NCBI GenBank assembly: GCA_035555035.1
Contig: DATMHG010000083.1
Location: 1 to 60,974 of the forward strand
Length of the DNA: 60,974 nucleotides
Direction of reading: 5' to 3'
Source of the DNA: Sphingomicrobium sp.
GTDB lineage: Bacteria > Pseudomonadota > Alphaproteobacteria > Sphingomonadales > Sphingomonadaceae
Position 1 is the first letter of the stretch. Every line of letters begins with the position of its first letter. Positions 20,601 to 30,993 of this stretch are shown here, piece by piece. The notes beneath the pieces are model-generated. The model made no database searches. It was given only the letters and a program-made list of their open reading frames with translations, and was not told where the DNA came from. Both the position numbers and the translations under genes were made by a program.

Positions 20601-20860
20601 CCGCCCGCATCCGGTTGCGGCCGATCCTCATGACCAGCTTCGCGTTCATCTTCGGCGTATTTCCGCTCGCGATCGCGACTGGCCCGGGGGCCAATGGCCG
20701 GATCGCCATCGGCACCGCCGTGATCGGCGGAATGCTGACGGCCACGATCCTCGCGATCTTCTACATTCCGCTCTTCTACGTGCTCGTCCGCAGGGGTGTG
20801 CGTGACGGATTACAGATCATCCGCGAGCGCTTGCGGCGGGGTAATGAGGCCGAAGCGTGA
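17672..20860 (+). CDS. AcrB/MexB-family (HAE1) multidrug RND permease
   Basis: FIERPIFAWV, YPGASAE, GLLVDDAIVVVENV, KNAIL, RLRPILMTS; proton-relay residues intact. Confidence 0.96.
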   Translation: MSRIFIERPIFAWVLAIIIMFGGIGAIFALPVAQYPDVAPTQINVRATYPGASAETLESSVTQVIEQTLTGLDGLLYFSSSSSSRGQVTITAVFDKAVDPDIAQVQVQNKVQQAVARLPQQVQQQGLTVTKGSPDFLMIVGVYDSTDKSTNVDVSDWLATNIQDDLSRIPGVGDVNVFGSQYAMRIWLDPNKLQSLQLMPSDIIAAIQNQNVEVAAGEIGGMPQPEGQMLNATVTAQSRLQTPEQFRNIIVKSDPSGARVLLSDVARVDLGADNYSATIRINGHPGAGIGIFLEPGANALTTSKLVKAEMTRVTPRLPAGYRVAYANDSSDFIRLSVIEVVKTLAEAMALVILVMFVFLQSWRATLIPGIAIPVVLLGTFGMLYILGFSINTLTLFGLVLAVGLLVDDAIVVVENVERILHEQPELSTKEATVVSMGQIQMALVAIALVLSAVFLPMVFFGGSTGVIYRQFSATIVSAMGLSVLLALTFSPSLAANVLRRKHASVEETWLGRRAPALAHGIETARQKFNSGFDRTIRWYVGNVGKVVERKWLFLVIYAAVCLLLVFLFLRLPTGFIPTEDQGNASVQFRLPAGATFSRTHNVEQAIEHYFLAGPEKKNVHTFFAVTGGGGGLSGQNTGQAYVNLAPFGERGSAKNSASAIVERASGAFRGLRDAQVFALIPGAIRGLGQSTGFTMELQNTSGMSRDQFAAARDRLLAAASSDPGLDQVRLSELPDVASLKVNIDQQRLAALGLSSSDVNTTLSTAWGGRYVNDFIDRGRVKRVYVQADAPFRSEPSDIGGWYVRNNHGQMVPFSSFATTGWRTAPVTLDRFEGYPSYELQGQAAPGKSSGQAMAEIEKLASQVPGVSVAWSGASYQERIASGQAPLLYTVSLIVIFLCLAALYESWSIPLAVLLVVPVGLVGAILFVTLRGLENDVFLQIGLLTTMGLTSKNAILMNEFAERAEREGKRIIDAAIEAARIRLRPILMTSFAFIFGVFPLAIATGPGANGRIAIGTAVIGGMLTATILAIFYIPLFYVLVRRGVRDGLQIIRERLRRGNEAEA

Positions 20861-22374
20861 AGCGCAGCACGGCGTTTCTCGCTCTGCTGGCAACCGGCTG
20901 CACCACGCTGGAGCCGAAGCTCGGCCGGCCTGACCCGGCAATTCCCGTCTCCTGGCCCGCGGGAGATGCAGCGCTCAGGCAATCCGAGCAGGCGCTTCCT
21001 GCACTCACCTATCGGGACATCTTCAGCGACGGTCGTCTCCAGACGCTGATCGGCGAGGCACTTGCGAACAATCGCGATCTGATGCTTGCGGCATCGAACA
21101 TCGCGGCCGCTCGCGAGCAATATAATATTCAACGCGCCCAGCAATTTCCGCAGGTGAATGCCAATGCCGGCGTAACGGTTACGGGTCAGCGCAACACCAA
21201 CAACAATTCAGGGACCGGGTCAGGATCAGGCACGGGTTCCGGTTCGAACAACTCCCGTTCGGGGGGATCGACCAATTATACTGTCGGCATCAGCGTACCG
21301 AGCTTCGAGATCGATCTGTTCGGCAGGCTACGTTCGCTGACTCATGCCGAATTCCAGCGATATCTCGCGACCGAGGCGGGCGCTCGTTCGACGCGCCTGA
21401 CGCTCGTCGCCAATATCGCCGACGCATGGGTCGATTACGCATCTGATTCGAGCCTCCTCATCACTGCGCAGGAGACGGCGAAGAGCGCGGCGGAGAGCGT
21501 GCGCCTAACAAGGATCAGGCTGGAGGGCGGAATCGCTCCGCGGACCGACCTCGATCAGGCAGAACAGATCCTGGCCCAAGCCCAGTCAGACGTGGCGCAG
21601 CAAACGACCGCGGTTGCTCAGGACGTCAATGGGCTTCAGCTGCTCGTCGGAGTACCGATCGACCCCACCCTGCTCCCCCGCTCGATCGACGACGCGATGC
21701 CGAGGATCATGGAGCTTCCGGCGGGGCTCAATTCCTACATCCTGTTGCGCCGTCCGGACGTGCTCCAGGCGGAGTACCAGCTGCGCGCGGCCAATGCGAA
21801 CATCGGGGCGGCGCGCGCTGAGCTGTTTCCGCGCATCACCCTGACCGGTCTGCTCGGTTTCGCGAGCAATGCTCTCGCCAGCCTGTTCACCGGCGGCGCA
21901 TTCGGATCGAGCGTGGGCGCCAATGCGGCCTACACCATCTTTCAGGCGGGCGCCGGACACGCGAACATTCGGCTCACGGAAGCGCAGCGCAATGCGGCTC
22001 TCGCGACATACCAGCACACCGTGCAGACCGCATTCCGGGAAGTCGCAGATGCCCTCTCCCGCCGCGCGACCATGGACGAGCAGCTCGCCGCCGCCGGACG
22101 CCAACAGGCCGCAAGCTCTGACAACTATTTGCTCGAAGAAGCCCGCTATCGCGGCGGGATCGATCCCTTTTTGAACGTGCTCGTGGCTCAAAGATCCTAT
22201 TACAGCGCGCAGAACGCCTTGGTGCAGACCAAGGCCACCGCACTGCATAATCGTGTTGCCCTGTACCAGTCGTTGGGCGGAGACCCCCTGATCGCAACGG
22301 CGCCGCTGTGCAACGTCACTTATGTCAACAGCGCCAACAGTGCGAAGCTCGCGAGCCAGTGCTCACCCATGTAG
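20857..22374 (+). CDS. OprM/NodT-family outer-membrane efflux lipoprotein
   Basis: ATGC lipobox, FEIDLFGR, RRPDV, AANANIGAARA, LYQSLGG. Confidence 0.94.
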   Translation: MKRSTAFLALLATGCTTLEPKLGRPDPAIPVSWPAGDAALRQSEQALPALTYRDIFSDGRLQTLIGEALANNRDLMLAASNIAAAREQYNIQRAQQFPQVNANAGVTVTGQRNTNNNSGTGSGSGTGSGSNNSRSGGSTNYTVGISVPSFEIDLFGRLRSLTHAEFQRYLATEAGARSTRLTLVANIADAWVDYASDSSLLITAQETAKSAAESVRLTRIRLEGGIAPRTDLDQAEQILAQAQSDVAQQTTAVAQDVNGLQLLVGVPIDPTLLPRSIDDAMPRIMELPAGLNSYILLRRPDVLQAEYQLRAANANIGAARAELFPRITLTGLLGFASNALASLFTGGAFGSSVGANAAYTIFQAGAGHANIRLTEAQRNAALATYQHTVQTAFREVADALSRRATMDEQLAAAGRQQAASSDNYLLEEARYRGGIDPFLNVLVAQRSYYSAQNALVQTKATALHNRVALYQSLGGDPLIATAPLCNVTYVNSANSAKLASQCSPM

Positions 22375-23300
22375 TCGCCTGACAGGTGCGGCATGGCGGC
22401 GGCGAGATGCTCGTCGGCCGCGGCTTCGGCGATCGCACGCTCAGTCATAGGCAGAAGCGGCGCCACGCTCCGCCAGCACCAGCCGCGACTGAGGTTCAGG
22501 CCGTCGAGATGTGCGATCTTGCCGTCGCTGCGATCGCTGACGATCGCCGGTTCAAACAAAGTCGCCGGCTGGCGCTGATCGACGCCGGGCAGGAAATGGC
22601 CGAACCAGGCGGCGAACTCCTCGGGGTGAGTCCGCGACATGCACATCGCCTCGATGAGCGCGGGCGACAGGAATTCGTCACCACCGGGCTCCCATGCTTG
22701 GCAATCGCGATCCGCGCCGAACCAATGCAGCGCGCGTGTGCGGATGAGGTCGGCAAGGACGTGATCGAATCGCTCGGCCCATTCGAGTGACAAAATCAAG
22801 GCGAAGCATGTGTTGAAGTGGGTGCCGACGCGGATCGGATAGGTCAGGATCAGGAGATAATCGCGCAGCCGGTTGGCGAAGGCGAGCGCCAGCGGCTTCA
22901 GCTGGACAGCCCAGGTTTCACGGTGTCGCGTCGCTTCGAGGTGAAGGTACAGAAGCCACGCCCAGCCGTAAGGGCGCTCGAAGCCTCGGCTCAGTGGCCC
23001 GTCGAGATAAGCGAGCTCCGCGGCCACTTTTGCGACCGTAAAGCTCTCGTCGGCGAGAGCGGCAATCGCGTTGGCTTCGGGAATGTCTGGGAACAGCCGG
23101 CGAAGCGTTAGCAGCGTCCACCAGCCATGGACGCAGCTGTGCCAGTCGAAGCTGCCGAAGAAGATCGGGTGCAATGCACGCGGGGCCAGAGCATCCTGAT
23201 CGCCGCTCAGCACATGGTCGAGCTTGTTCGGATATTCTTTGGTGACGTGGCCCAAGGCGATGTTGGCCATGCGTGCGGCGATTTGCCGGTCCAATTTCAT
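22320..23300 (-). CDS. DUF2891-family protein
   Basis: EYPNKL, HPIFFGSFDWHS, FERPYGWAW, HLDGLNLSR, YMGEHWLASFA; start MKLDR overlaps upstream stop. Confidence 0.85.
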   Translation of the reverse strand: MKLDRQIAARMANIALGHVTKEYPNKLDHVLSGDQDALAPRALHPIFFGSFDWHSCVHGWWTLLTLRRLFPDIPEANAIAALADESFTVAKVAAELAYLDGPLSRGFERPYGWAWLLYLHLEATRHRETWAVQLKPLALAFANRLRDYLLILTYPIRVGTHFNTCFALILSLEWAERFDHVLADLIRTRALHWFGADRDCQAWEPGGDEFLSPALIEAMCMSRTHPEEFAAWFGHFLPGVDQRQPATLFEPAIVSDRSDGKIAHLDGLNLSRGWCWRSVAPLLPMTERAIAEAAADEHLAAAMPHLSGDYMGEHWLASFALLALLT

Positions 23301-24250
23301 CGAAATGCCGCGAAGTAGAGGATGACGATGTTGGCGATCAGCAGCGGGATGGCAGTCGCGATCTGCGCCTTGATCACGCCGTACTGATTCCTGAGCTCGA
23401 GCAGCGCGGCCGGCACGATGTTGAAGTTCGCGGCCATGGGCGTCATCAAAGTTCCGCAAAAGCCGCTCAGCATCCCGACCGCTCCGATCACCGCTGCATT
23501 CCCGCCGTCCTGGTGGATGAGGATCGGCACGCCGATCGCCGCGGCCATCACGGGGAAGGAGGCGAAGGCATTACCCATGATCATCGTGAACGCCACCATC
23601 CCGAGCGCATAGAGCAGCACGGCCAGGAACACGCTTCCGCTCGGGATGATCGCCCCGGCCATTGCTCCGATGGTCGTCCCAACGCCGGCCGCAGCGAACA
23701 CGGCCCCCAGCGAGGCGAGCATCTGCGGCAACACAATGGCCCAGCCGATCGCGTCGGCGAGGCGTCTGCCCTCCTCGACCGGCGCCGCGGCCGGCGGCTT
23801 CAGCCACACGTAGCCGATGATGAGCGCGATGATCACGCCAAGACCAAGGAGCACGAGGGTCACGGACTTGGGCTCGATCAGCCCCGTGTTCTTGAGCGGG
23901 GTGTAATTGAACAGCAGCGTACCGACGAAGGCCGTGAAGGGGATCACCAGCGCCGGGAGGAACAGCTTGTTGCCGAGCCGCGTGGAACTGGTTTCACGCT
24001 CCTCGGCTGTGCTCGACTCTTTGGAACTGCGGCCGAGCAAATGCGTCCCGGCGATCGCCACCAACGCGAGCACGAGAACACCGTTGCCGACGTCGCCAAG
24101 ACGATCGCCCAACCAGAAGCTCGCGGCGAGTAGCCCCCAGAAGGCGGCGTTACCCAGCCGCTTGGGATTGCTCCGGTCGCGCGCGCTGTCGATCGAAAAA
24201 GCAGCGAACATTGCGCCGGCCATCACATAGAGCCAGTGGAGGTTGATCAC
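23297..24250 (-). CDS. DUF979-family membrane protein
   Basis: GNKLFLPAL, LPQMLASLG, IMGNAFASFPV, GTLMTPMAANFN; GTG start at 24250. Confidence 0.85.
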   Translation of the reverse strand: MINLHWLYVMAGAMFAAFSIDSARDRSNPKRLGNAAFWGLLAASFWLGDRLGDVGNGVLVLALVAIAGTHLLGRSSKESSTAEERETSSTRLGNKLFLPALVIPFTAFVGTLLFNYTPLKNTGLIEPKSVTLVLLGLGVIIALIIGYVWLKPPAAAPVEEGRRLADAIGWAIVLPQMLASLGAVFAAAGVGTTIGAMAGAIIPSGSVFLAVLLYALGMVAFTMIMGNAFASFPVMAAAIGVPILIHQDGGNAAVIGAVGMLSGFCGTLMTPMAANFNIVPAALLELRNQYGVIKAQIATAIPLLIANIVILYFAAFR

Positions 24251-24921
24251 CGGCCCGCCCTCTTCAGTTGCCGATCGAACAATAGCAGCCGCGTGCCGTG
24301 GATCAGGAATGCGCAGACCGCGGTGGGGATGGCCCAAACCGACAGCTGGAACGGCGTGAGCTCGATTCCGAAGCCCGCCAGCGCGCCCTGGATCAGCAGG
24401 ATGGACGAGACCGCGAGGAAGATGTCTTCACCGAAGAACACACCGACATTGTCGGTGGCCGCCGACATCGCCTTCACACGCTCAATCATGTCCTCATCGA
24501 GCTTGCCATGCTCCTTCTCCGCGGCAGCGAGCGCCATCGGCGCGACCAACGGCCGGACGGTTTGCGCATGGCCGGCGACCGAGGTCAGGCCGAGCGCCGC
24601 AAGAATCTGACGAAACGCCTGGTAGACGAGCAATAGCCGCCCCGCCGTTGCGCCGCGCATATTCGCGACAATCGCCCGCGCCCGTTGCTGCAACCCGTAT
24701 CGCTCGAGCAGGCCGATCACCGGCAGCACGATGTAAATCAGCGTGACGTTGCGGCTGTCATTGAAACCTTTGCCGAGCGCGCCAAGCACCTTCAGGAACG
24801 GCATTCCGGCAAGCAGACCCGTAGCGATCCCGGCGACGGCAACCACCAGCAGCGGATTGAATCGAAGCGCGAAGCCGACGACGACCAAACCGATTCCGAG
24901 CAAGGGCCAGTAGTCGATCAT
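24247..24921 (-). CDS. DUF969-family membrane protein
   Basis: [37 protein letters not shown]. Confidence 0.85.
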   Translation of the reverse strand: MIDYWPLLGIGLVVVGFALRFNPLLVVAVAGIATGLLAGMPFLKVLGALGKGFNDSRNVTLIYIVLPVIGLLERYGLQQRARAIVANMRGATAGRLLLVYQAFRQILAALGLTSVAGHAQTVRPLVAPMALAAAEKEHGKLDEDMIERVKAMSAATDNVGVFFGEDIFLAVSSILLIQGALAGFGIELTPFQLSVWAIPTAVCAFLIHGTRLLLFDRQLKRAGR

Positions 24922-27900
24922 TCCCCTGCCCTTCCATATCCGCCGCCGCCGGGTGTCTCGATCACGAAGCGATCGCCAACGTCTACGTCTGCCGAAGCCG
25001 TCGCGCTCAGCATCTCGACGGAGCCGTCGGTCCGAACAACCCAATTGCGGCCCGCCTGAGCGTCGGCTCCTCCCATGATCCCCCGCGGCGGAACGCGCCT
25101 GCGATCCGCGAGAATGTTGGCGCGCATCGGCTCGAGAAACATGACTTCGCGCACCACACCGTTGCCGCCCCTGTGCGCGCCCGCGCCTCCTGAGCGGCGG
25201 CGGATGGCAAACTGCTCCAGCCGCACCGGCAGCCGCGTCTCGAGGATCTCCGGATCGGTCAGGCGGCTGTTGGTCATGTGCGTCTGAACCGCACTCGTGC
25301 CGTCATGATCCGGCCCGGCGCCGGAGCCGCCGGCGATCGTCTCATAATATTGGTAACGCTCGTTTCCGAAGGTGAAGTTGTTCATCGTTCCCTGGCTCGG
25401 TGCGAGACGCCCGGTCGCGGCGAAGAGCGAGTCCGTGACGACCTGGCTCGTTTCGACATTCCCTGCGACCACCGCCGCGGGATAACGCGGATTGAGCATC
25501 GACCCTTCCGGAACCACGAGCTCGATCGGGCGAAGGCACCCGTCATTCATCGGAATGGCGTCGTCAATGAGGGTGCGGACGACGTACAGCGATGCGGCCC
25601 GTGCGATCGAGAACGGCGCATTGAAATTGTCGGGCAGCTGTTCGCTCGTACCGGTGAAGTCGAACGTGGCCGAGCGGGCGCCTTTGTCGATGGTGATCTT
25701 CACCCGGACATGGGCGCCGTTGTCCATCTCATAATCGAACTCGCCGTCGTCGAGGCGGTCGAGCAGGCGCCGCACCGATTCCTCGGCATTGGCGAGCACG
25801 TGACCCATGTAGGCCGCGACCACTTCCGGCCCATATTCGCCCGCCGTTTGCGCCAGCACCTCCGCGCCGCGGACGCATGCCGCAAGCTGGGCCTTGAGGT
25901 CGGAAATATTTCGGTCCGGATTGCGCGCCGGCCACTGGCCCGACCCGAGGATCGCCCGCATCTCCCCCTCGCGGAAATGTCCTTTATCGACGAGCAGCAC
26001 GTTGTCGATCAGCACGCCTTCTTGGTTGATCGTGCGGCTGTCGGGCGGCATCGATCCGGGTGCGATGCCGCCGATGTCGGCGTGGTGTCCGCGCGCTGCG
26101 ACGTAGGCCGATGGACTGGCCTCATCGGCATAGAAGACGGGAACGATCACCGTGATGTCCGGCAGATGCGTTCCACCGCGATAGGGGTCGTTCAGCACAT
26201 AGGCATCGCCGCGCCGGATGCCGCGCCCATCCCTGCCCTGCCCGCGTGTGTCGATGATCCGACGGATGCTCTCGCCCATCGACCCGAGGTGCACGGGGAT
26301 GTGCGGCGCATTCGCGATCAGCGCGCCTTCCGCGTCGAAGATCGCACAGGAGAAATCGAGCCGTTCCTTGATGTTGACGCTCGTCGCTGTCGACTGCAGG
26401 GCGACTCCCATCTCCTCGGCGATGGCCATGAACAGGTTGTTGAAAATCTCGAGCCGCACCGGATCGACGTCGGTGCCGATCGCCTTCGCGCGGTCGAGCG
26501 GCGCGGCGCGTGTGAGCACGAGCGTTCCGTCGCACGCGCGCACCGACCTCCAACCCTCCTCGACGACAATCGTCGAGGTGGTATCGAAGATGAGCGCGGG
26601 ACCCACTAGGTCCTCCCCGCAACGGGAAGGAGGACCATCCGAAGCCGAAGGCAAAGGATGGTGGAGGGGGCCCACCGTCCCACCGCTTCGACCGTGGGCC
26701 CCCTCCACCGTCCGCTTTGCAGCCGGTTCCCCTCCCCGTTCCGGGGAGGATTTTCCAATCGCCTCCACCACCAGCGCATCGACAATCACCTCCGCACCCT
26801 CGTCCCAATAGCCGAAGCGCTTCCGGTGAAGTGTCGAGAACTCTTCCCGCATTTGCTGACGGGCCGAAACGCCGATCTCCAGCGTCGTGTCGCTGCCGGC
26901 CGTCCGCAGCCGCGCGCGATGCTGCAGCTCGATGCGATCCGCGTGGACGTGCTGCTCGATCAGCGCCTCGCGAGCGCGCTGGTCGAGTGCGCTCAGCGCG
27001 CCGGAAAAATCTTCGTTGAGCGGCTTGAGCCAGCTCGTCTCGCGGATCGCCTTCACGTCGGCGATGCCGATGCCATAGGCAGAGAGCACGCCCGCAAGCG
27101 GATGGATGAGGATCCGCTCCATACCGAGCGCATCCGCAACGGCGCACGCATGCTGCCCCCCGGCGCCACCGAAGCACGCAAGTGTGTAGCGCGTGACGTC
27201 GTGACCGCGCGCAATCGAAATCTTGCGGATCGCGGCGGCCATGTTGTCGACGGCGATGTCGAGGAAACCTTCGGCAATCTCCTTGAGGCTCTTGTTGCCG
27301 ACAGCGTCTGCGACGTCCTGCAGCCTCGCGCGCGAGGCTTCCGGGTCGAGCGGCTGGTCTCCGCCAAGCCCGAACACATGCGGGAAATGATCCGGATCGA
27401 TCCTGCCCAGGAACAGGTTGCAGTCGGTCACCGTGAGTGGTCCGCCGTTGCGGTAGCAGGCCGGTCCCGGTTTGGCGCCGGCGCTCTCCGGCCCGACCCG
27501 AAAGCGCATGCCGTCGAAGCGGCAAACCGAGCCGCCCCCGGCCGCAACCGTGTGGATCTGCATCATCGGAGCGCGGATGCGCACACCCGCGACGACGCTC
27601 TCGTCGGCGAGCTCGAACTGTCCAGCATAGTGCGACACATCGGTCGAGGTCCCGCCCATGTCGAAGCCGATCAGATGTTCCGCTTCGTGGGCCGCGCTCG
27701 CGGCGACCATGCCGACGACTCCGCCGGCGGGACCCGAGAGGATCGCATCTTTGCCGCGGAACGCTCGCGCTTCGGCGAGGCCGCCGTTGGACTGCATGAA
27801 GTGCAGATCGGTCCCGCTCGGCAGGCCGGCGGCCACGCGATCGACATAGCGCCGAAGCACTGGGGAGAGATACGCGTCGACCACCGTCGTGTCGCCGCGG

Positions 27901-28493
27901 CCGATCAGCTTGATCAGCGGCGCGACCTCATGACTGACCGACACCTGCGTGAACCCGAGCTCGCGCGCGATGCCGGCAAGGCGCGCCTCATGATCGCTGA
28001 ACCGCCACCCGTGCATGAGGATGATCGCAAGTGCTTCGATGCCCTTTTGACGCAAGCTCGCGAGCGCCTCCCGGGCCTGCACCTCATCCAGTGGCACAAG
28101 CACTTCGCCGTCGATGCCGAGACGCTCGTCGATCTCGACCACGCGCTCGTACAGCATCGACGGAAGCACGATGTGGCGCGCGAAGATATCGGGCCGCGCT
28201 TGGTAGCCGATGCGCAGCGCGTCACCGAACCCGCGCGTGATCGCCAGGCCGACGCGCTCCCCCTTCCGCTCCAGCAGCGCGTTGGTGGCGACGGTCGTGC
28301 CCATGCGCACTTCCGCAACGTCCCCGCCCTCGCGGGCCAGAACTCGCCGGATCGCCTCCAACGCGGCGTCTTCATACTGACCCAGGTTTTCCGAGAGCAG
28401 CTTCTCGACCCGAAGCTGCCCGTCCGACGACCGCGCTACCACGTCCGTGAACGTGCCGCCCCGATCGATCGCGAAGGTCCAGCTGCGAGTCAC
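24918..28493 (-). CDS. Fused ATP-dependent 5-oxoprolinase (hydantoinase A+B, OplA type)
   Basis: [87 protein letters not shown]. Confidence 0.93.
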   Translation of the reverse strand: MTRSWTFAIDRGGTFTDVVARSSDGQLRVEKLLSENLGQYEDAALEAIRRVLAREGGDVAEVRMGTTVATNALLERKGERVGLAITRGFGDALRIGYQARPDIFARHIVLPSMLYERVVEIDERLGIDGEVLVPLDEVQAREALASLRQKGIEALAIILMHGWRFSDHEARLAGIARELGFTQVSVSHEVAPLIKLIGRGDTTVVDAYLSPVLRRYVDRVAAGLPSGTDLHFMQSNGGLAEARAFRGKDAILSGPAGGVVGMVAASAAHEAEHLIGFDMGGTSTDVSHYAGQFELADESVVAGVRIRAPMMQIHTVAAGGGSVCRFDGMRFRVGPESAGAKPGPACYRNGGPLTVTDCNLFLGRIDPDHFPHVFGLGGDQPLDPEASRARLQDVADAVGNKSLKEIAEGFLDIAVDNMAAAIRKISIARGHDVTRYTLACFGGAGGQHACAVADALGMERILIHPLAGVLSAYGIGIADVKAIRETSWLKPLNEDFSGALSALDQRAREALIEQHVHADRIELQHRARLRTAGSDTTLEIGVSARQQMREEFSTLHRKRFGYWDEGAEVIVDALVVEAIGKSSPERGGEPAAKRTVEGAHGRSGGTVGPLHHPLPSASDGPPSRCGEDLVGPALIFDTTSTIVVEEGWRSVRACDGTLVLTRAAPLDRAKAIGTDVDPVRLEIFNNLFMAIAEEMGVALQSTATSVNIKERLDFSCAIFDAEGALIANAPHIPVHLGSMGESIRRIIDTRGQGRDGRGIRRGDAYVLNDPYRGGTHLPDITVIVPVFYADEASPSAYVAARGHHADIGGIAPGSMPPDSRTINQEGVLIDNVLLVDKGHFREGEMRAILGSGQWPARNPDRNISDLKAQLAACVRGAEVLAQTAGEYGPEVVAAYMGHVLANAEESVRRLLDRLDDGEFDYEMDNGAHVRVKITIDKGARSATFDFTGTSEQLPDNFNAPFSIARAASLYVVRTLIDDAIPMNDGCLRPIELVVPEGSMLNPRYPAAVVAGNVETSQVVTDSLFAATGRLAPSQGTMNNFTFGNERYQYYETIAGGSGAGPDHDGTSAVQTHMTNSRLTDPEILETRLPVRLEQFAIRRRSGGAGAHRGGNGVVREVMFLEPMRANILADRRRVPPRGIMGGADAQAGRNWVVRTDGSVEMLSATASADVDVGDRFVIETPGGGGYGRAGE
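26611..26750. mobile_element. 140-bp palindromic MITE/REPIN-like element inside the oxoprolinase reading frame
   Basis: Terminal inverted repeats TCCTCCCCG/CGGGGAGGA; inner 15-bp perfect inverted repeat GGTGGAGGGGGCCCAC/GTGGGCCCCCTCCACC; translates as SSPERGGEP...GPLHH...RCGED. Confidence 0.8.
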
Positions 28494-28546
28494 GGAGGCG
28501 GCTCTAGGGCCTTTGCGCTCTCGACTGCACCCCCTAAGGAACGGCC

Positions 28547-29545
28547 ATGGCTGTTCTGGTCACCGGGGCTGCGGGGTTCATCGGCGCCGCCACGTCGCAC
28601 GCCCTGCTGGAGCGCGGCGACGAGGTGGTCGGGATCGACAATCTCAACGATTATTATGACCCGGCGCTCAAGCAGGCACGGCTCGATCGTCTGCAGCGCC
28701 AATACGGCAACCGTTTTCGTTTCGAACGCGTGGATTTTGCCGACGGGGATGCGCTAAAACGGCTGGCCGACACCCACTCGGCCGACAGCATCATTCACCT
28801 AGGCGCGCAGGCGGGGGTTCGCTACAGCATCGAACACCCCGAGGCCTATGTTCAGTCGAACCTCGTCGGGCATTGCAACATCCTGGAGCTCGCGCGCCGC
28901 TACGAGGTGCGGCACTTCGTCTACGCATCGTCTTCGTCCGTCTATGGCGGCAACAAGAGCCTGCCGTTTCGCGTGGAAGACCGCGTCGACCACCCGCTCT
29001 CGATGTATGCGGCGACCAAGAAAGCCGACGAGCTGCTGAGCGAATCCTATGCGAGCCTCTACCGACTGCCTTCGACCGGCCTGCGCTTCTTCACGGTCTA
29101 TGGGCCGTGGGGACGCCCGGACATGGCCATGTGGATCTTCACCAAAGCCTTGTTCGCCGGCGAGCCATTGCCCCTCTACAACGGCGGCGAGATGCGGCGC
29201 GATTTCACCTATGTGGATGACATCGTGCGCGGCGTCGTCACCTGCCTCGACGCGCCGCCGCTCGACGACGGTTCGGTCAAAGCCGGCGGAAGCACCGCGC
29301 CGCATGCGCTGTACAATATCGGCAACAGCCGCAGCGAGGACTTGATGCGCGTGGTCCAGCTGCTCGAGGAGGCAACCGGCAAGCAGGCGCTTCTCGACCC
29401 GCAGCCGATGCAGCCCGGGGACGTCAAGGACACGTTCGCCGACATCAGTGCGATCGAGCGCGACTTGGGTTTCGCTCCGACGACCACGATCGACGAGGGC
29501 GTGCCGCGTTTCGTTTCCTGGTACCGCGACTATCACGGCCTGTGA
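28547..29545 (+). CDS. UDP-glucuronate 4-epimerase-like NAD-dependent epimerase
   Basis: [48 protein letters not shown]. Confidence 0.92.
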   Translation: MAVLVTGAAGFIGAATSHALLERGDEVVGIDNLNDYYDPALKQARLDRLQRQYGNRFRFERVDFADGDALKRLADTHSADSIIHLGAQAGVRYSIEHPEAYVQSNLVGHCNILELARRYEVRHFVYASSSSVYGGNKSLPFRVEDRVDHPLSMYAATKKADELLSESYASLYRLPSTGLRFFTVYGPWGRPDMAMWIFTKALFAGEPLPLYNGGEMRRDFTYVDDIVRGVVTCLDAPPLDDGSVKAGGSTAPHALYNIGNSRSEDLMRVVQLLEEATGKQALLDPQPMQPGDVKDTFADISAIERDLGFAPTTTIDEGVPRFVSWYRDYHGL

Positions 29546-30528
29546 GCCTGCCGCCGATCCTTCAGCGGCTGCGCATTCCGGTCGTCGGCGCGCCGATGTT
29601 CATCGTGTCGAATCCGAAGCTGGTGATTGCTCAGTGCACGGCCGGGATCGTCGGCAGCTTCCCGGCACTGAACGCCAGGCCCGCGGAAAAGCTGGACGAG
29701 TGGTTGAACGAGATCACCGAGGCGCTCGCCGCCTGGGATCGCGACCATCCCGACCGTCCGGCGGCGCCCTTCGCAGTCAACCAGATCGTCCACCGCTCGA
29801 ACGACCGGTTCGACCACGACATGGAAGTCTGCGCGAAGTGGAAAGTGCCGATCGTCATCACCTCGCTGGGCGCGCGTACCGAGCTCAATGAGGCGGTGCA
29901 CAGCTGGGGCGGGATTACCCTCCACGACATCATCGACGATCGCTTCGCCCGCAAAGCGATAGAGAAAGGCGCGGACGGAATCATCGCCGTCGCGTCTGGC
30001 GCTGGCGGCCATGCCGGCCGCTGGTCGCCGTTCGCACTGATTCAGGAAATTCGCGAGTGGTTCGATGGGCCGCTGATCCTCTCGGGCGCAATCGCCAACG
30101 GCGGCTCCGTCCTCGCAGCACGGGCGGCAGGCGCAGACCTCGCTTACGTCGGTTCGCCCTTCATCGCCACGGAGGAAGCCAACGCTCCGGACGCCTACAA
30201 GCAAGCGATCGTCGACAGCAGTGCGGCGGACATCGTCTACTCGGACCTGTTCACCGGAGTGCACGGCAATTACCTGCGCTCGTCGATCGTGAGCGCAGGT
30301 CTCGACCCGGACAATCTTGCGGCCGGCAATCTCGACACGATGAAGTTCGGCTCGGGGGGCTCGAGCAAGTCGAAGGCGTGGCGCGACATCTGGGGCTCAG
30401 GCCAGGGCATCGGCGTAATCGACCGCGTGCGGCCGGCGGCGGAGTATATCGAGCTCCTCGCCGAGCAATACGCCGCGGCAAGGGCACGAATCTGTACCCC
30501 TGCGCAGGCAGGGGTCCAGTCCAGATAA
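29542..30528 (+). CDS. Nitronate monooxygenase-family flavin oxidoreductase
   Basis: GAPMF, GSFPALNAR, GAGGHAG, GADLAYVGSPFIATEE, KAWRDIWGSGQG. Confidence 0.9.
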   Translation: MSLPPILQRLRIPVVGAPMFIVSNPKLVIAQCTAGIVGSFPALNARPAEKLDEWLNEITEALAAWDRDHPDRPAAPFAVNQIVHRSNDRFDHDMEVCAKWKVPIVITSLGARTELNEAVHSWGGITLHDIIDDRFARKAIEKGADGIIAVASGAGGHAGRWSPFALIQEIREWFDGPLILSGAIANGGSVLAARAAGADLAYVGSPFIATEEANAPDAYKQAIVDSSAADIVYSDLFTGVHGNYLRSSIVSAGLDPDNLAAGNLDTMKFGSGGSSKSKAWRDIWGSGQGIGVIDRVRPAAEYIELLAEQYAAARARICTPAQAGVQSR

Positions 30529-30559
30529 CAAACTGGGCTCCCGCCTACGCAGGAGCACA
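30493..30559. repeat. Inverted REP doublet between convergent genes
   Basis: TGTACCCCTGCGCAGGCAGGGGTCCAGT (30493-30520) and the reverse complement of 30532-30559 (TGTGCTCCTGCGTAGGCGGGAGCCCAGT) match 22/28, with compensatory stem changes. Confidence 0.85.
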
Positions 30560-30561
30560 AT

Positions 30562-30993
30562 TCAGCTGATCGCTTCGAGCGCTTTTCGCCAGCTTTGCCG
30601 AATCTCGACCGGACGCCGGTTTGCCCGATCGACGACCACATGGACGAATTCGCCCTGCGCGGCGGCTTGCTCCTGCCCCTCGCCGAACACTCCGATGCGG
30701 TAGCGGATGCTCGAACGCCCGAGCGTGGCGACCCTCAGCCCCACCTCGACGGTCTGCGGAAATGCAAGCGGCGCGAAATACCTGCAGCGCGTCTCGACGA
30801 CGAGGCCGATCGGATCACCACGTGCGATGTCGAGCAGGCCTCGCTCCACCATCCAGCCATTCACCGCGGTGTCGAACCATTCGTAGAAGATTGTATTGTT
30901 CACGTGACCATAGGCGTCATTGTCCGCCCAGCGCGTCGTCAACGTTCGCCAGACCTTGAACTCCGCGCGGCTCGCGGGCTGTTCGCGGCTCAC
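30562..30993 (-). CDS. Acyl-CoA thioesterase (4HBT hot-dog family)
   Basis: TRWADNDAYGHVNN, LGRSS; GTG start overlapping upstream stop. Confidence 0.9.
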   Translation of the reverse strand: MSREQPASRAEFKVWRTLTTRWADNDAYGHVNNTIFYEWFDTAVNGWMVERGLLDIARGDPIGLVVETRCRYFAPLAFPQTVEVGLRVATLGRSSIRYRIGVFGEGQEQAAAQGEFVHVVVDRANRRPVEIRQSWRKALEAIS

